DNA of 62,278 bases, counting the filler, from Vannella sp. (taxonomy: Eukaryota), in the NCBI GenBank assembly GCA_023345925.1. It is 9 parts of 9 records of this genome, joined end to end, with 100 filler letters (N's around TTAATTAATTAA, not from the genome) between each part and the next. Parts side by side here need not be neighbours in the genome. Positions count along the whole stretch, not along the records: positions 8,198 to 18,136 come from JAJQQN010000804.1; positions 18,237 to 27,508 come from JAJQQN010000285.1; 7 more parts are not named here. The stretch is one strand, 5' to 3'. The notes below the pieces were generated by a model that saw nothing but the letters and a program-made list of their open reading frames with translations, was not told the origin of the DNA and did no database searches. The position numbers were made by a program, and so were the translations under genes. This document shows positions 9,761-21,364 of the stretch, piece after piece. The first letter of the stretch is position 1. Every line of letters starts with the position of its first letter.

Positions 9761-11893
9761 ATGCCCGCTCAAGAGGGCTTGTCAGAAGCCGCTGCGCGGC
9801 TGGTGACCCTCGTAGATGCAGTGGGGTGTGCTGCAGCCAACTCGTTGGTTATTCAGGTCCTCCTGATCTTCCCAGCGCTAGTGGGGATGGCGTGGTTGGT
9901 TGGGACTTGGCCAGTTTGGTTGGCGTTGACGTTTACTTCGTTCTTCTACCTCATCCAGAGGCATGAGAAGGAGCGAAAGAGCTTCGATGATGCTTACCTC
10001 TGGACTATGCGTACTCTCCTTGACAAACGCAACGAACTACCGAATGGTTCCGACCTTCCCTCTTCGGGAGGAGAAACCAACACTGTTCAAGCTTTAGTGA
10101 CTCTGTGGTGGACCTCATGTGCGAAGGACGTATTCTCTGATACTCTGATGCCTTCTGTTGTGCTCTCACTCAACGAAAACATCGTCACAGCTCGAGGAAT
10201 GATCGACCGCTTTGAAAGTGGAACAGTTCTGGTCTCTGCTGACCCTCCCAAGGTCCTCTCTGTGGCAAACATACGCTCCTCTTTCAATTCATTGGTAGGT
10301 AGATCCCTGAGATGCTCTGCCCTCACAAGCGGACAGTTTATCGACATGAAATGGGAATATCGGGGCGATGTCTCTCTGGCTGTCGGTGTTGTTGTAGGAG
10401 GAGCGACAGTTCCACTTGAAATCAAAGACTTTCGCTTCCTTGGGACGGTCAGTCCCTGTCAGCTCCAAACCCAAAAGTGACTTACAAGAATGCACTTTTC
10501 AGACTCGGCTGGAATTCATCTTCCCCCATCGCCGCTACCAAAAGGACGTCATTTGCAAAGAGCAGGAAGCTTACACGATAGCAATCTCTATCGTTGATGA
10601 GTACCTCTTGGACTTTCACATTGCAGCAAACAAAATCAGTTTGACCATGATTCCGGCCCTGCGCAAGTGGATGCAGACTCTCATCTACGAGAAGATCAAA
10701 CATTTAGTGCTTTGGCCTAATCAGATACGCCTCTGCGGCCCTGCTGACCATCTTCATACGTCGAAAGGCTGTCCCATGGAACCTTTGGATCTACAACACG
10801 CAGAATCTCTTCCCTCAGAGACAATCGGCAACCCCTATGTGATAGGTATATCTCTCTTCTTCCCAGAAGGAGAGAGCAGCTCCCCGCCAGAGGGGTTCGA
10901 ACTGATTGATAGAACATGCACGGGTTCCTACGCCGCCAATCTTAACTCTGGCTCTTCAGCAGCAAGAGCTGTCTATCTCTGTATCAACAAGTCTACTTCT
11001 GGACCAGCCATTACCGATATTGGGGGTATCAAAGCCTCTCAATTCGAGCAAGGAACAATGCCAGAAGGTTACCGAGCTATCCGAATAAGTCACTTTGGAG
11101 AGGACGCGTTTATCTCAGAATCAAGCACAGGGGACCAAGGTTCACGGCTTTACATAAGCTATGAGAAAGCGGATCCCAGGAAAGGAATCATTGAAGATGT
11201 CAAAGTGATGTTCGGCGAAGAAGTCTCGAAAGTGCGAGAACTGAAGGCCCGATGGCTGGACATTGGTACAGAAGATTTCCCGCTTGGCTATACGATCCTC
11301 CGACTCCATACAGTGCCACAGGATGAAGCGGGAAAGCCACCAAAAAGCATTTTTCTTTGTTTCAAACGGCGAGGAGGAACCATCCTGCGACCACTCGACC
11401 GAGGAGAGAATCAATCAGAGAAGGGAGCTTCTCTACGAAGTGCTCTGACTTCCATCAAGACGATTGCCGCCCAAGAGATTCAACAAATCAGCCACGCTCG
11501 CTCTAAGAAACGACAAACTCGTAAGATCACTGCCCTTGGAGTCCCGATTGGCCTTCTAATGCAACAGTAGTGTTAGAGTCACTTGGTGTATCTCAGTTGG
11601 TTATCGAGAGAGCGAGATACATCAGCGGACGTCCAGAAATCTTCAAACATTACCCTTTGGGGGACCGTCTTGCAAAGGAGGACTTCTTCACCATGACTGA
11701 TCTGGAGCAGAAGCATGCCATAGAGATTCTCAAAGAAGTTCCTTCACTTAACAACGTCCGTCTCCAGTTGGCTCCGTCTCAAATGAGGTGAGACCAAATG
11801 CATTTGTTCTATTGACCTTTTCCTTTCTCATGCCTCAACAGTGACTCTTGCTTCTGGTTTGTTTACTTCTCTTATATCAGCAAGTCTTCATAA
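9761..11893 (+). CDS. Membrane protein with TM hairpin, SMP, MABP and BSD domains
   Basis: Introns 10295-10336, 10448-10502, 11521-~11570 and 11788-11841; SMP-like DPPKVLSV...MIPALRKWMQTLIYEKIKHLVLWPNQI; MABP-like PPEGFELIDRTCTG..ANLNSG..YLC..AITDI..PEGY; BSD-like EQKHAIEILKEVPSLNNVRLQLAPSQMSDSCFWFVYF. Confidence 0.7.
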
Positions 11894-11913
11894 AGAACGA
11901 GAAAGAGAGGAAA

Positions 11914-13274
11914 TCAAACTCTCTGCCGGAATGACTCGAATTCCGGACTTTCCTCGAACATCTTTTGGACGACGGATAAATCAACATCAGCTGGACTGGA
12001 GGGACTCCATTGTGGCTTGTTGTCTTTCTCTATGATAAGAGCACGGATTCCTTCGTAGAAGTCAGGGTGCTGAACGGATCTGGTAACTGTGTGAGCCAAG
12101 TGAGAGGAAAGGAAGATCTCTCCCACCTCATTGCCACGTCAAACTCCATTCTCATCACTTCCGTAATATCCATTAGTCTTCCCCTCTTAATAAGCTCCAT
12201 TTCCAACTTCCTCACGAGTCTTGTAAGTCCATAAACGGTCGTTCAAAGGGAAAACGCACCGCGAGGCTCGTGGGAGACTTCTTCCGAAGGACTTCTAGAT
12301 ACTTTCTTGCCCATAGACACTCCAGAGACGCTCTTTCTAAACGATTGAAGAGCTCAACAAGTGATGAAGCAGAGAAATAGAACTCAATGAAGGCCAAACT
12401 CTCCTCCAAGAATGACTTGGCCCCCTCCAACGGGAGTCCACAGAGCGAGGACAGAGTACTTTCAACTTGTTGACCATTCATAGACTGGAGAAGCTCAAGT
12501 TCTACGAGTTCGAGTCTCGAGGAAGAGCAGAAATGGGTCGCAATCTTACAAAAAAGCAAGTCCGCAGCATTCAACTGGTATCCAGTCAAAGCGATGAACA
12601 TCCCCAAGTGGTTCTGTAGTCGAGGGAGGAAGTAGGAACCTCCCACATCACAGAAGAAGCCGATCCCCGTCTCTGGCATCGCAAAGCGGGCCCTTTCTGT
12701 GACAATGATGGAGCTTGAGTGGATACTCAGTCCCACTCCACCTCCCATAACGATTCCGTCCCACAGAGAGACAACAGCAATCCCCGAATCCTCTTTCAAG
12801 GTGGCAATGTCGCAATCCAGCCGATACTCGCGACTGAAGAAGTCTGCGCAGTACTCCAGCTCCCCGCTAGAGAGTGGAATGGGCATGGATAAGGATAAGG
12901 AGAGTGCCTTGAGGGGAGTTTCGTACCTTTGGGCAGCCAAGGCCAAAGCTCTGATGTCGCCACCTGCGCAAAAAGCACGTCCACCGTTCCCCTTCAAAAG
13001 CAACACCTTTTGCGCCCTTTTGGCTTCATCCAATGCACATTGAAGCACCATGATCATCCCTACCGGTAGGTATGAGGTCACAGGCAGTTTTTGGTCAACG
13101 AATGCAGTCCCCACCAAGATTGAGGGCATTCAAGGCCGAAGGGCGGTTCAGAGTGAAGCGCGTAACCTCCCCGTGGGTGTCCACCAACACCTCTTCACCC
13201 GAGGGAGAAGACGAAGAGGTCTCGTGACAAGGAGAAGGGAGGAGATGGCGCTGCAGCTGGGTCAGGCGGATCAT
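11914..13274 (-). CDS. HIBCH: 3-hydroxyisobutyryl-CoA hydrolase, mitochondrial (several introns)
   Basis: LNRPSALNAL, RAFCAGGDI, DGIVMGGGVG, FAMPETGIGFFCDVGG, KSPTSL, DFYEGIRALII. Confidence 0.93.
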
Positions 13275-13342
13275 GAAATGGAGCAAAGCAACATCAAGAG
13301 AGTGTATTGAAGGGGGGAGAAGGAACCCGTTGGAGCCTGTCA

Positions 13343-16007
13343 TTAGCAGAGGAAAGAAGTGTTGATGAGGTGAATGGTCATGTTGACATCGAGAGTAACT
13401 TGGTCCAACTCCAATTGGGTGATGTTGTTGTAATGCTTCTCGAGGAGATCGTCAAAGTCCAAAACCATCTTCTCCACGGAGACTCCTCCGATCTTGGCGT
13501 CGACATCGAAGATGCCGGGAGTGTCAGAAGAGATGATAAAGACGGTCTTCTTCTGTGCGAGGGTGGGCACTTCTGAGTCCACAATGACGCGCTTCTTGGC
13601 AAGCTCCTTGTATGTGAACTTGACAGGAGGCACCTTGTATCCAACCTCTGGGCCCTTTCCCTTCTTGGTCTTCTTCTTCTTGGCAGCCATGAGGTACTGC
13701 TTCTCCTTGCAGTCCTGCAAGTAATCCTGGTAGGATTGAATACTCTCGTCCAAGTAGGCCTGGTGATCCTTGAGCTCACCAAGAGTCGACTTAAGTCGGG
13801 CAACCTCCTTGCGCTGCTGCTCACGGATAGTAGCGCGGTTGGCAACCTCCAAGGCAACATCATGGACGAAGCTTTCGTAGTTGTCATCCTTAGAAACGAC
13901 GTCAGCCGCTTCCAGCTTACCCAAGTTCTCGAGAATCTTCTTGATTTGAGACTTGAGAGTGGCATTGTTCGTTTCAGTAGCGAACTTGATACCCGCCTCC
14001 AAAACGTCCATCAGACTGAGGCGATGAATGGAGTTTTGGACGGGAACCAGGCGGAGAATGGGGATCACCAACTCCTTTGTCTCAGCGTAGACTCGTTGGT
14101 TCTCGGAATCTTCGTCCAACTCCACCTTGAAGCGGTTAGTCAGAGTCAGTTGAAGCTCTCTGTCTTGGTCCTCATCGTTGAAAACGGTGGGTGGGGGACC
14201 AAGATCAGCCATGATCAAACGAAGAGGATCGTCCGTTTCTGTGACCAACTGAGAGAGGTTCTCTGCCAAGAGAGCGTGGGTCTTGAAGATCTCGTGAAGC
14301 GAGATGATGATCAAGGGCTTGGCCTTCTGAGCCAACTCCATGTACTTGTTAACTTGGAGTTTCTCCTCAGGTTCGGGGACTTGATAGATGCTGCCCACGT
14401 ACTCAGTGATGATCGACGCGTTCTTGTCAATAAAGTCGTTGAGAGGGACGAAGAACTTCTCTCCAGGACCATCCACGTTGAACTTGCGGAAGTTGAAAAG
14501 GTTCTGCAGCACGCGAGAAGCTGTGATAAGGTTCTTACGGGCAATGGGAGGCAGATCGTTGTCAGCAATGTTGTACGAGTCGGGCTGCACGATAGCAAGG
14601 TTGATGAAACGGTAATACACAAAGTATACAATCACCTTGGAGATGTCTTCTTCGGTGGTTTCGGGCAGAGCCTTCAAGCAGAGGTCACGCAACTGCTTCA
14701 TGAGCCAGCGGAGACCGTACGGGAGCTTGTCCAAAGAGCGGACAATGCCATCAACGAACTTCTGGCAAACCTCTCGGAGAGTTTCCAGACGATCCTCGAC
14801 GATCTTCTTGACCTCAGCGTTGGCTCCAGCTTCCTCGGCAGTGACTCCTCGTGGAAGAGGAGAGGGTTCTCCAGTCTTCATCTCGTGCTCATTGATCATG
14901 GCCTGGTAGACCTGAAGAGGGTTCAGCTCCAAGCTCAAGTTGATCTTGATGAAGTCTTTCATGACAGGCTCCAACGTCTCCTTGAGGTAGTTGAGTCCCT
15001 GCTTCCTCTTGTTGTAGGAATTGATCATCTTGGGCAAAACAGTCTCGGATTGACCACTGATGAAGTCACCCAGAGTTTTGATCGCTCCAATCTCCTTCTC
15101 CATCGAGAGGCGGAAGAGACTAAGGATCAAATACTCCTCACGAGGAGAGTAGGCGTCACCGAAGAGGGTTAGAATGACCGTTTCCAAGAAGCTCTCCAGC
15201 TGTTGGGGGTTGATCATGTACACACAACGAGCCAAATAGCGTGGCTCAGTCTGCAGCAGGTAGAAGAGATCTTGATAGTTCTATAGAAAGGCGTTAAACA
15301 ACCAGCGACGCGCTCCTGCGAAAGGACGTACCTCCAACTTCTTGGGGTCCATCTGGGTGACCTCTCCTTTCTTCTGACTCTTAAGACCCTTAGAGGCAGC
15401 GATAACCTCCTGAAGATTGGTGCGGTTCTTAATAAGAAGGGCGATGCGCTTGTCAAGTTTGGCCAAGTCTCTCTCCAACTTGTGGTTCTGGCGCATGGAG
15501 ATAACAAGCTCCTTCTTCAGCTCTTGGATCTCTAAAAGAAGATTCAAGTAAGTGCCCTGATTAAGGTGTTGAGGGAAAGATGTGTTCCTTACCAGAGACC
15601 ATGTCGTAATCGTCCTCGTCAGGGGAATTTTGGAGCAAGTCCATGATCTCCTGAACAGTCAGGCGACCAGTTCGCTTCTTCTCCTCTTCCTCGCGACGGC
15701 GCTTCTCGTCAACAAGCCTGGCAGTTTCTTCCTCCTTTCTGGCCACCATCACCGCAAGGAGCTTTCTGGCCTCAAGCAAGAGAAGGAGACACTCGCGTTC
15801 TTTGTAAAACAAGATCTTATCGTCGAGGGAGTACTCGCTCTTGCTGTCAGGGATAGCAGCAATGGCTCCAGCCTCGTCAGTGACTCGCACCACCTCCTTC
15901 GTTGCCTTCTTGAGGCCATCAGCTTCAGGGGCAGCATCACCCTCCCATCCTGGCTCATCAGCGTCATGCGCCTCAATACCAACGTCAGTATCCTCCTTAT
16001 CCGCCAT
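13343..16007 (-). CDS. IQGAP-related RasGAP-family protein (DGAP1/RgaA-like) with RasGAP_C
   Basis: LDKRIALLIKNR, LFYLLQTEPRYLAR, LPYGLRW, YYRFINLAIVQPD, C-terminal LDFDDLLE..NMTIHLIN; two introns near 15283-15590. Confidence 0.88.
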
Positions 16008-16142
16008 GGCGACCAAAGAAAATGAACCGGAAAGATATTTTGGGACCAATCAAGTTGTCCCCATCACTTTTCTTAACAAACCCAGTTTTTGTTCTGAGTA
16101 TAATACTAAAAATCATTTTTTCAGCAATCCGCAATCCTGGCG

Positions 16143-17153
16143 ATGCAGGTGAAAGATGGTGCCCTTTGGAAGGGAGATGAGAAGGTCACGAAAGCTCCTG
16201 CTGATAAGAAAGAGAAAGAAGACATGGAAGCGTTTTTGAAGGACTACTTTGCCAAGAGTCTGACCGAACAGTTGAAGATGAAGGTGGAAAAACTGTCCTT
16301 TCAACCCAGTAAGTACTCGTCCCTTTTCAAAGGACGGAACCAACAGGAGAGTCAATACTGGCTCTGGGCTAAGACTCCATCGGACGAAGATGTCTCTGAA
16401 ACTGACCCTGTCGATGATGGCCGCCATCTCGTCATCCTCACTGCCAACCGCGGATCCTCTCCAGGGCTCTGGAAGACAGAAGGCGCACTTGTGAATGTGC
16501 CAATGGCTAGTTGTGCAGTTTCAAGCTTCATCAGACTCGCTCAGACGAAATCCTTGGATTATGACAGCGTTGCCCTCCTGTGCACAGGTGACATCGAGGA
16601 CTACGAGACTCAGGGTATCTTAGCACAGTACACTATCGACAACAGTTTCCATCACTTGGTGGCCAACCACTGGAGGAAGGGTCTGATTGACGTGATAGCG
16701 GACGACTTCGGGGGAGTGTGCATGTACAACTTCCTCCGAAGGAACCCTTCTTTCAGCCACCAGCGCCTCAGTCACATCTTCATGCTTGAATCGTCGGTCA
16801 AGGTAACCCGCGACCTTCTTCGATCTGACCCGACGGAGAAGGGCGTGGATCTGTTCAGAGACTCCAGTTCTGAAGAGATCCCCGGTCTTCTGCGTCTCCT
16901 AGAAACAAAAGTAGTTCTCCTCACAACGCGAACCGATGTCAAAGCAGCCACAGACCAGACCGGTTGCCCTGTTACCAAAGTGGAACTTGGGCAAGGAGAA
17001 GACCTGTGGATTGCCTCACGAAAGGTCATCTTCCTTCTTATCCAAGACAGGAACATGGACGTGAAGCTGCAACGCCTTCGTGCGCTTCTGTTCACGATCA
17101 TGGGCTTGTTGTCGATCATCGGAGTGATGTTCTATCGAGCTCTACCACACTGA
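16143..17153 (+). CDS. Tail-anchored protein, possible degenerate Arb2/FAM172-like alpha/beta fold
   Basis: HLVILTANRGSSPGLW and IDVIADDFGG resemble the Arb2 LLVLIHGSG..AGQW and AHSYGG motifs; C-terminal TM ALLFTIMGLLSIIGVMFY. Confidence 0.45.
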   Translation: MQVKDGALWKGDEKVTKAPADKKEKEDMEAFLKDYFAKSLTEQLKMKVEKLSFQPSKYSSLFKGRNQQESQYWLWAKTPSDEDVSETDPVDDGRHLVILTANRGSSPGLWKTEGALVNVPMASCAVSSFIRLAQTKSLDYDSVALLCTGDIEDYETQGILAQYTIDNSFHHLVANHWRKGLIDVIADDFGGVCMYNFLRRNPSFSHQRLSHIFMLESSVKVTRDLLRSDPTEKGVDLFRDSSSEEIPGLLRLLETKVVLLTTRTDVKAATDQTGCPVTKVELGQGEDLWIASRKVIFLLIQDRNMDVKLQRLRALLFTIMGLLSIIGVMFYRALPH

Positions 17154-17185
17154 ATTAAACCAGAAAAGTTCATTCTTCATTCGGA

Positions 17186-17512
17186 ATGGAAGGACGGTCA
17201 CCAGCGGTGCCTCACTCTTCTGTTACTCTCACACTTGAAGGGACTTCCCAAGATGCTCATACAGTTAAGAAAGTGCTGAGGGTGAAGCCTAAGAAGTCTG
17301 TCAAGTGGGACACCACAGCAGTGGACAACGAGAATCAGGGCAAGAAGAAATCGAAGAGTAAGCCCGGACTGTGGGTTTCAGTGGCTGACCATTGACTAGA
17401 ATGCTGCATCTACCATAAACCGCGAGCTTTTGGGGAGAGTGATAGCGAAAGCTCGGAGGAAGAGTGCCAGGAAGACCATGATCACAGCGGTCACTCCCAT
17501 CCCCCAATGTAA
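17186..17512 (+). CDS. YPI1: PP1 inhibitor-3 (Ypi1/PPP1R11)
   Basis: KKSVKW..VDNENQGKKKSK, intron 17358-17399, KCCIYHKPRAFGESDSE. Confidence 0.92.
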
Positions 17513-17551
17513 TCCTGTTCTTTTCACATGTGGTGTTTGTTTATTGGAGGC

Positions 17552-18135
17552 TTATCCGCTTCCAGCCTTGGTCTGAACGATAAGGGCAACGATCAAACCG
17601 TAGAGTCCAAGAGCCTCAGAGAAAATAAGGATCAAAATCATACCAACGAACAGTTTGGGTTGTTGGGCAGTGGCACGGACACCAGCATCACCAACAATAC
17701 CGACAGCAATACCAGCAGCAAGACCAGAGAGACCGACGCAGAGACCAGCTCCTAAGTGAGCGAAGCCGTCGAAGCTAGTGTACTTGGTGCTGTCAACTAA
17801 AATGATAAAAAAAGGGCTCGTTAGCATGGCGAAGATGGGTTGCAGGATGGAGTGGGCTTACTGGAGGAACCGATGATAACAGCAATAATGAGACCATAGA
17901 TGCCGATAACACCAGCCATAACGACTGGAATCATAGACTTCATGACGAGATCAGGGTGCATCACACCCATAGCGGATACTCCGACACCGCTCTTGGCGGT
18001 ACCGTAGGCAGCGCCCATGCAGGCGAAGACGAGGGCAGAGGTTACACCCATGAATCCGAAGAAAGGAGCGGAGGTGTTGGTGGCATCGGTCGATTGAAGC
18101 ATCACCATCAGAGTCGAAAGGACGGTGGACAGCAT
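17552..18135 (-). CDS. VMA3: V-ATPase proteolipid subunit c (one intron)
   Basis: [49 protein letters not shown]. Confidence 0.97.
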
Positions 18136-18409
18136 GNNNNNNNNNNNNNNNNNNNNNNNNNNNNNNNNNNNNNNNNNNNNTTAATTAATTAANNNNNNNN
18201 NNNNNNNNNNNNNNNNNNNNNNNNNNNNNNNNNNNNCTTTTGGACTGATTTCATTTTTTCACTTTTTGGATGTTTGAGGACCCAAACAAGGGGAAATGCC
18301 CTCGCCACTCGTGACTTCTCTCTCTTCATCTTTGGGGTGACAGACACTCTCGGAATTGATTGTTAAAATGTAACTCTTCAGCCTTTGAAAAGCCATTCGT
18401 TCTGGAGCA

Positions 18410-19465
18410 ATGGTGAGAGGAGCTGGGTTGGGTTGCGCTGGGCTGGGCTGATCGGGGTAGATCCGGAGGTACGCAAGGGAAAGGAGGGAGTATCTCTATC
18501 GAAAGAGTCTGGAAGGAAAGGAGAAAGAGCTGTACGAGCGGAAACAGAAGCTACGCCGTGCACTAGCTGGTTCGTTCGTTGACCTTGCGGCGATTCGGTT
18601 CTCATTCTGAGTAGAGGGAAAGGAGGTTCCCACCGAATTGAAGGGCGATGCAGATGCGCTTAGCAAGCAGATCGAACTGGATGACGAGAACACGCAACGT
18701 GGGTATCCAAACAACACAAGACAGCTTCTAACTTCGAAGAAGGACTCCACGAGCTTGTTGATGATGAATACGCAAGCTCAGGTACACAAGATCCCGTAGT
18801 CTTCATTACAACAGCACGTAATCCCAGTTCTCGGTTGGCACAGTTTGCAAAGGAGCTTCGACTGGTCATCCCCAATGCACAGAGGATGAATAGAGGTGGA
18901 CACACCATCCCCGAGATTGTGAATACGTGCAAATCCAAGGGTGTGACGGACATTGTCGTCGTGCACGAGACTCGAGGCCAGCCCGACGGGCTCATCATCA
19001 GTCACCTTCCCTACGGTCCCACCGCCTTCTTTGGGCTCTCTAACTGCGTTCTTCGCCATGACATAGAGAATGTTGGGGCCCTCTCTCTGGCCTACCCCCA
19101 CCTGATCTTCCACAACTTCTCTACCAAGCTTGGAGAAAGGGTAAGAGGGTCCAAATCGGTGAGAACCCCGCGGCTATGTTAACCACCATCCAACGCAGAC
19201 ATCAAACATCCTCAAGTACATCTTCCCTGTCCCAAAGGATGACTCCAAGCGGGTGATCACCTTCGCCAACGAGAACGACTTCATCTCCTTCCGCCATCAC
19301 ATGTTTGAGAAGCAAGGCAAACAGGTAGAACTGGAGGAAGTGGGACCGCGCTTCGAAATGAAGCTCTACAAGATCCGTTTGGGCACTTTGGATCAAGAAG
19401 AGGCCGAGGTCGAGTGGGCCCTTCGTCCATTTATGAACACATCTCGGAAGCGCCAGGCACTTTAA
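18410..19465 (+). CDS. IMP4: U3 snoRNP protein IMP4 (Brix domain), several introns
   Basis: ATG-only first coding exon, then [49 protein letters not shown]. Confidence 0.95.
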
Positions 19466-19493
19466 GGTTACAATACACACTCTAGTGTTATTC

Positions 19494-20549
19494 TCATGTC
19501 ACAGGAACAGCTACCAGAGCAGGAAAGCGGCGTTGAAGGGTCCGGTCCACTCGAATCCGAGTCTCCTTCATCTCTTGGAGACACCTTTGGACCCCTCCTT
19601 GGTTGTTTGATTCGCAGTAGCTTCGCAAGAGAGTGTTCCAGATCTTCCCAGTCGGGATCAAGGAGCTTTGGATCATCTGATTCAGCAAATCCTCTGCCAA
19701 CTCGCGTTCGCCATGATTTACGAGGCCCACGATCATCTGTGTGTATATCTGTACGTCTGGTACTAAAGAGGATTCGTTTAGCTGCTGGAACAAGCTCATC
19801 GCGCCCTCCACATCTCCAGAACTCCAAACGCACTTGATCAGAAGATCAAACGTGACCAACGTGTCCTGGATCCCATCTGCCTTCATCTCTTGCCACGTAC
19901 GAAGAGCTTCAGACCACTCTCCATCAATGGCTCTACCAGAAAGCATCGCGTGGTAAGTGGAGGTGCTGGGGGGAAAGCCCTCCTTCTGCATGATCATGAG
20001 GATTTGCTCAACGTGAGACCACTCCCTTTGCTTAGAACACACGTCAATTAAGGTGTTGAAGAGTCCCTCAGTGTAGGGGATCCCACTTTGCCCCATTTCC
20101 TCCAACAGAGAAGAGATGAGGAGCCCATCTCTCATCTCAGCCGCAGCCCGGATGGCTTTGTGTATCGTCTTTGTAGTGATCGGAAAGGAGGCGCCTTTCA
20201 TATCCTCATAAAGCCGCAAGACGTTCTCAGGGCGCCCCAGACGGCTGTGACCGTACATGAGAGCTTCAAAGGTGGATTCATCCGGCGAGGCACCAGCACG
20301 AGGCATCTCCTCCTCAAACAGAAGGATCGCTTGAGGAAGCTTTCGTTCAAAGATGCACGAGTTGATGAGCTGGTTGAAGATATCGGTCCCGACGGGTTCT
20401 CCCCGCTTCTGAGCCATATCAACCTGCCATATCTTCTCGGACAAGCGCCTGCTTCGGTGCAGGTTCTCCCTCAGGCTCACACCATCCGGTTCCCCACCAC
20501 AATACCTCCTCCAACTGTGAAGACCTTGAACAACTGCCCCTCTTCGCAT
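19494..20549 (-). CDS. Pentatricopeptide-repeat protein, probably mitochondrial
   Basis: Tandem 35-aa PPR motifs (PDESTFEALM, PSTSTYHAML, PDVQIYTQMI); Arg-rich N-terminus. Confidence 0.9.
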   Translation of the reverse strand: MRRGAVVQGLHSWRRYCGGEPDGVSLRENLHRSRRLSEKIWQVDMAQKRGEPVGTDIFNQLINSCIFERKLPQAILLFEEEMPRAGASPDESTFEALMYGHSRLGRPENVLRLYEDMKGASFPITTKTIHKAIRAAAEMRDGLLISSLLEEMGQSGIPYTEGLFNTLIDVCSKQREWSHVEQILMIMQKEGFPPSTSTYHAMLSGRAIDGEWSEALRTWQEMKADGIQDTLVTFDLLIKCVWSSGDVEGAMSLFQQLNESSLVPDVQIYTQMIVGLVNHGERELAEDLLNQMIQSSLIPTGKIWNTLLRSYCESNNQGGVQRCLQEMKETRIRVDRTLQRRFPALVAVPVT

Positions 20550-20691
20550 TAGTTGAACCTCAAAATGGCACAAATGGCACTAATGGCACTAAAATGATTG
20601 AAAAAATCTGCCTTGGTTGATGTGAAGCAGGGTTGCCATTGGTGGAGCTTCCTGGCACCCATTCTGAACACTTCCTTTTGCCCTCAAGCAA

Positions 20692-21255
20692 ATGCCCATC
20701 AACCTCACCAAAGGCGACCCTTCCCGCAAGCTCGAAAACGCACAAGGCCAGAGCTTGAGTGAAATCTACATCGGCCTTGGATGGGACGTTGGACAGAACA
20801 CTGTCGATCTTGATGCCAGTGTGGCTTGTTTGAATGCTCAAGACAAGCTTCTGGCTAACGAGTGGTTCGTTTTCTACAACAACCTCACTACCCCTGACCG
20901 CGTTTCTGTAGTTCACTCTGGAGACAACAAGACTGGACAAGGAGAGGGAGATGACGAGTCCATCCGCATCGACCTGACCAAGGTTCCCCCTCAAATTGGC
21001 AAACTTTTGCTCATTATCTCTCTCCACGACGCTCAGGGCAAGAACTTTACCCACGTTCAAAATGCCTTCTTCCGCATCGTCGACGCTCGCACCAACCAAG
21101 AGACTCACCGACTGGATCTTTCTGCCGGCCAAGGTGGACAAACTGAGTGCCTCATCTTCGCAGAGATCATCCGCGAACCCAACGGCTGGGGTGTGAAACC
21201 CGTCTGCTACTCCATCCCCAATCTCGGAGCCCTTCTCGCCAACCTCGAAGCTTAA
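20692..21255 (+). CDS. TerD-family protein (Dictyostelium CAP/cAMP-binding-like)
   Basis: INLTKG, IGLGWD, DLDAS, VFYNNL, HSGDNKTGQGEGDDESI; intronless. Confidence 0.93.
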   Translation: MPINLTKGDPSRKLENAQGQSLSEIYIGLGWDVGQNTVDLDASVACLNAQDKLLANEWFVFYNNLTTPDRVSVVHSGDNKTGQGEGDDESIRIDLTKVPPQIGKLLLIISLHDAQGKNFTHVQNAFFRIVDARTNQETHRLDLSAGQGGQTECLIFAEIIREPNGWGVKPVCYSIPNLGALLANLEA

Positions 21256-21364
21256 CCACCAGGCATTGAGAACAGAATAATCATTAAAACAGTCGTTCAA
21301 ACGCAATTCACAATTGATCGATTCGAGCCATTCTGAAGAGTTTCTTGTTGCCCTGTCCGTTGTC

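Noticed and set aside
13736..15172. 478-aa plus-strand ORF and similar long antisense ORFs (20560-21366, 22409-23122, 48596-49186)
   Set aside because: Antisense shadows of codon-biased real genes, with no motifs of their own
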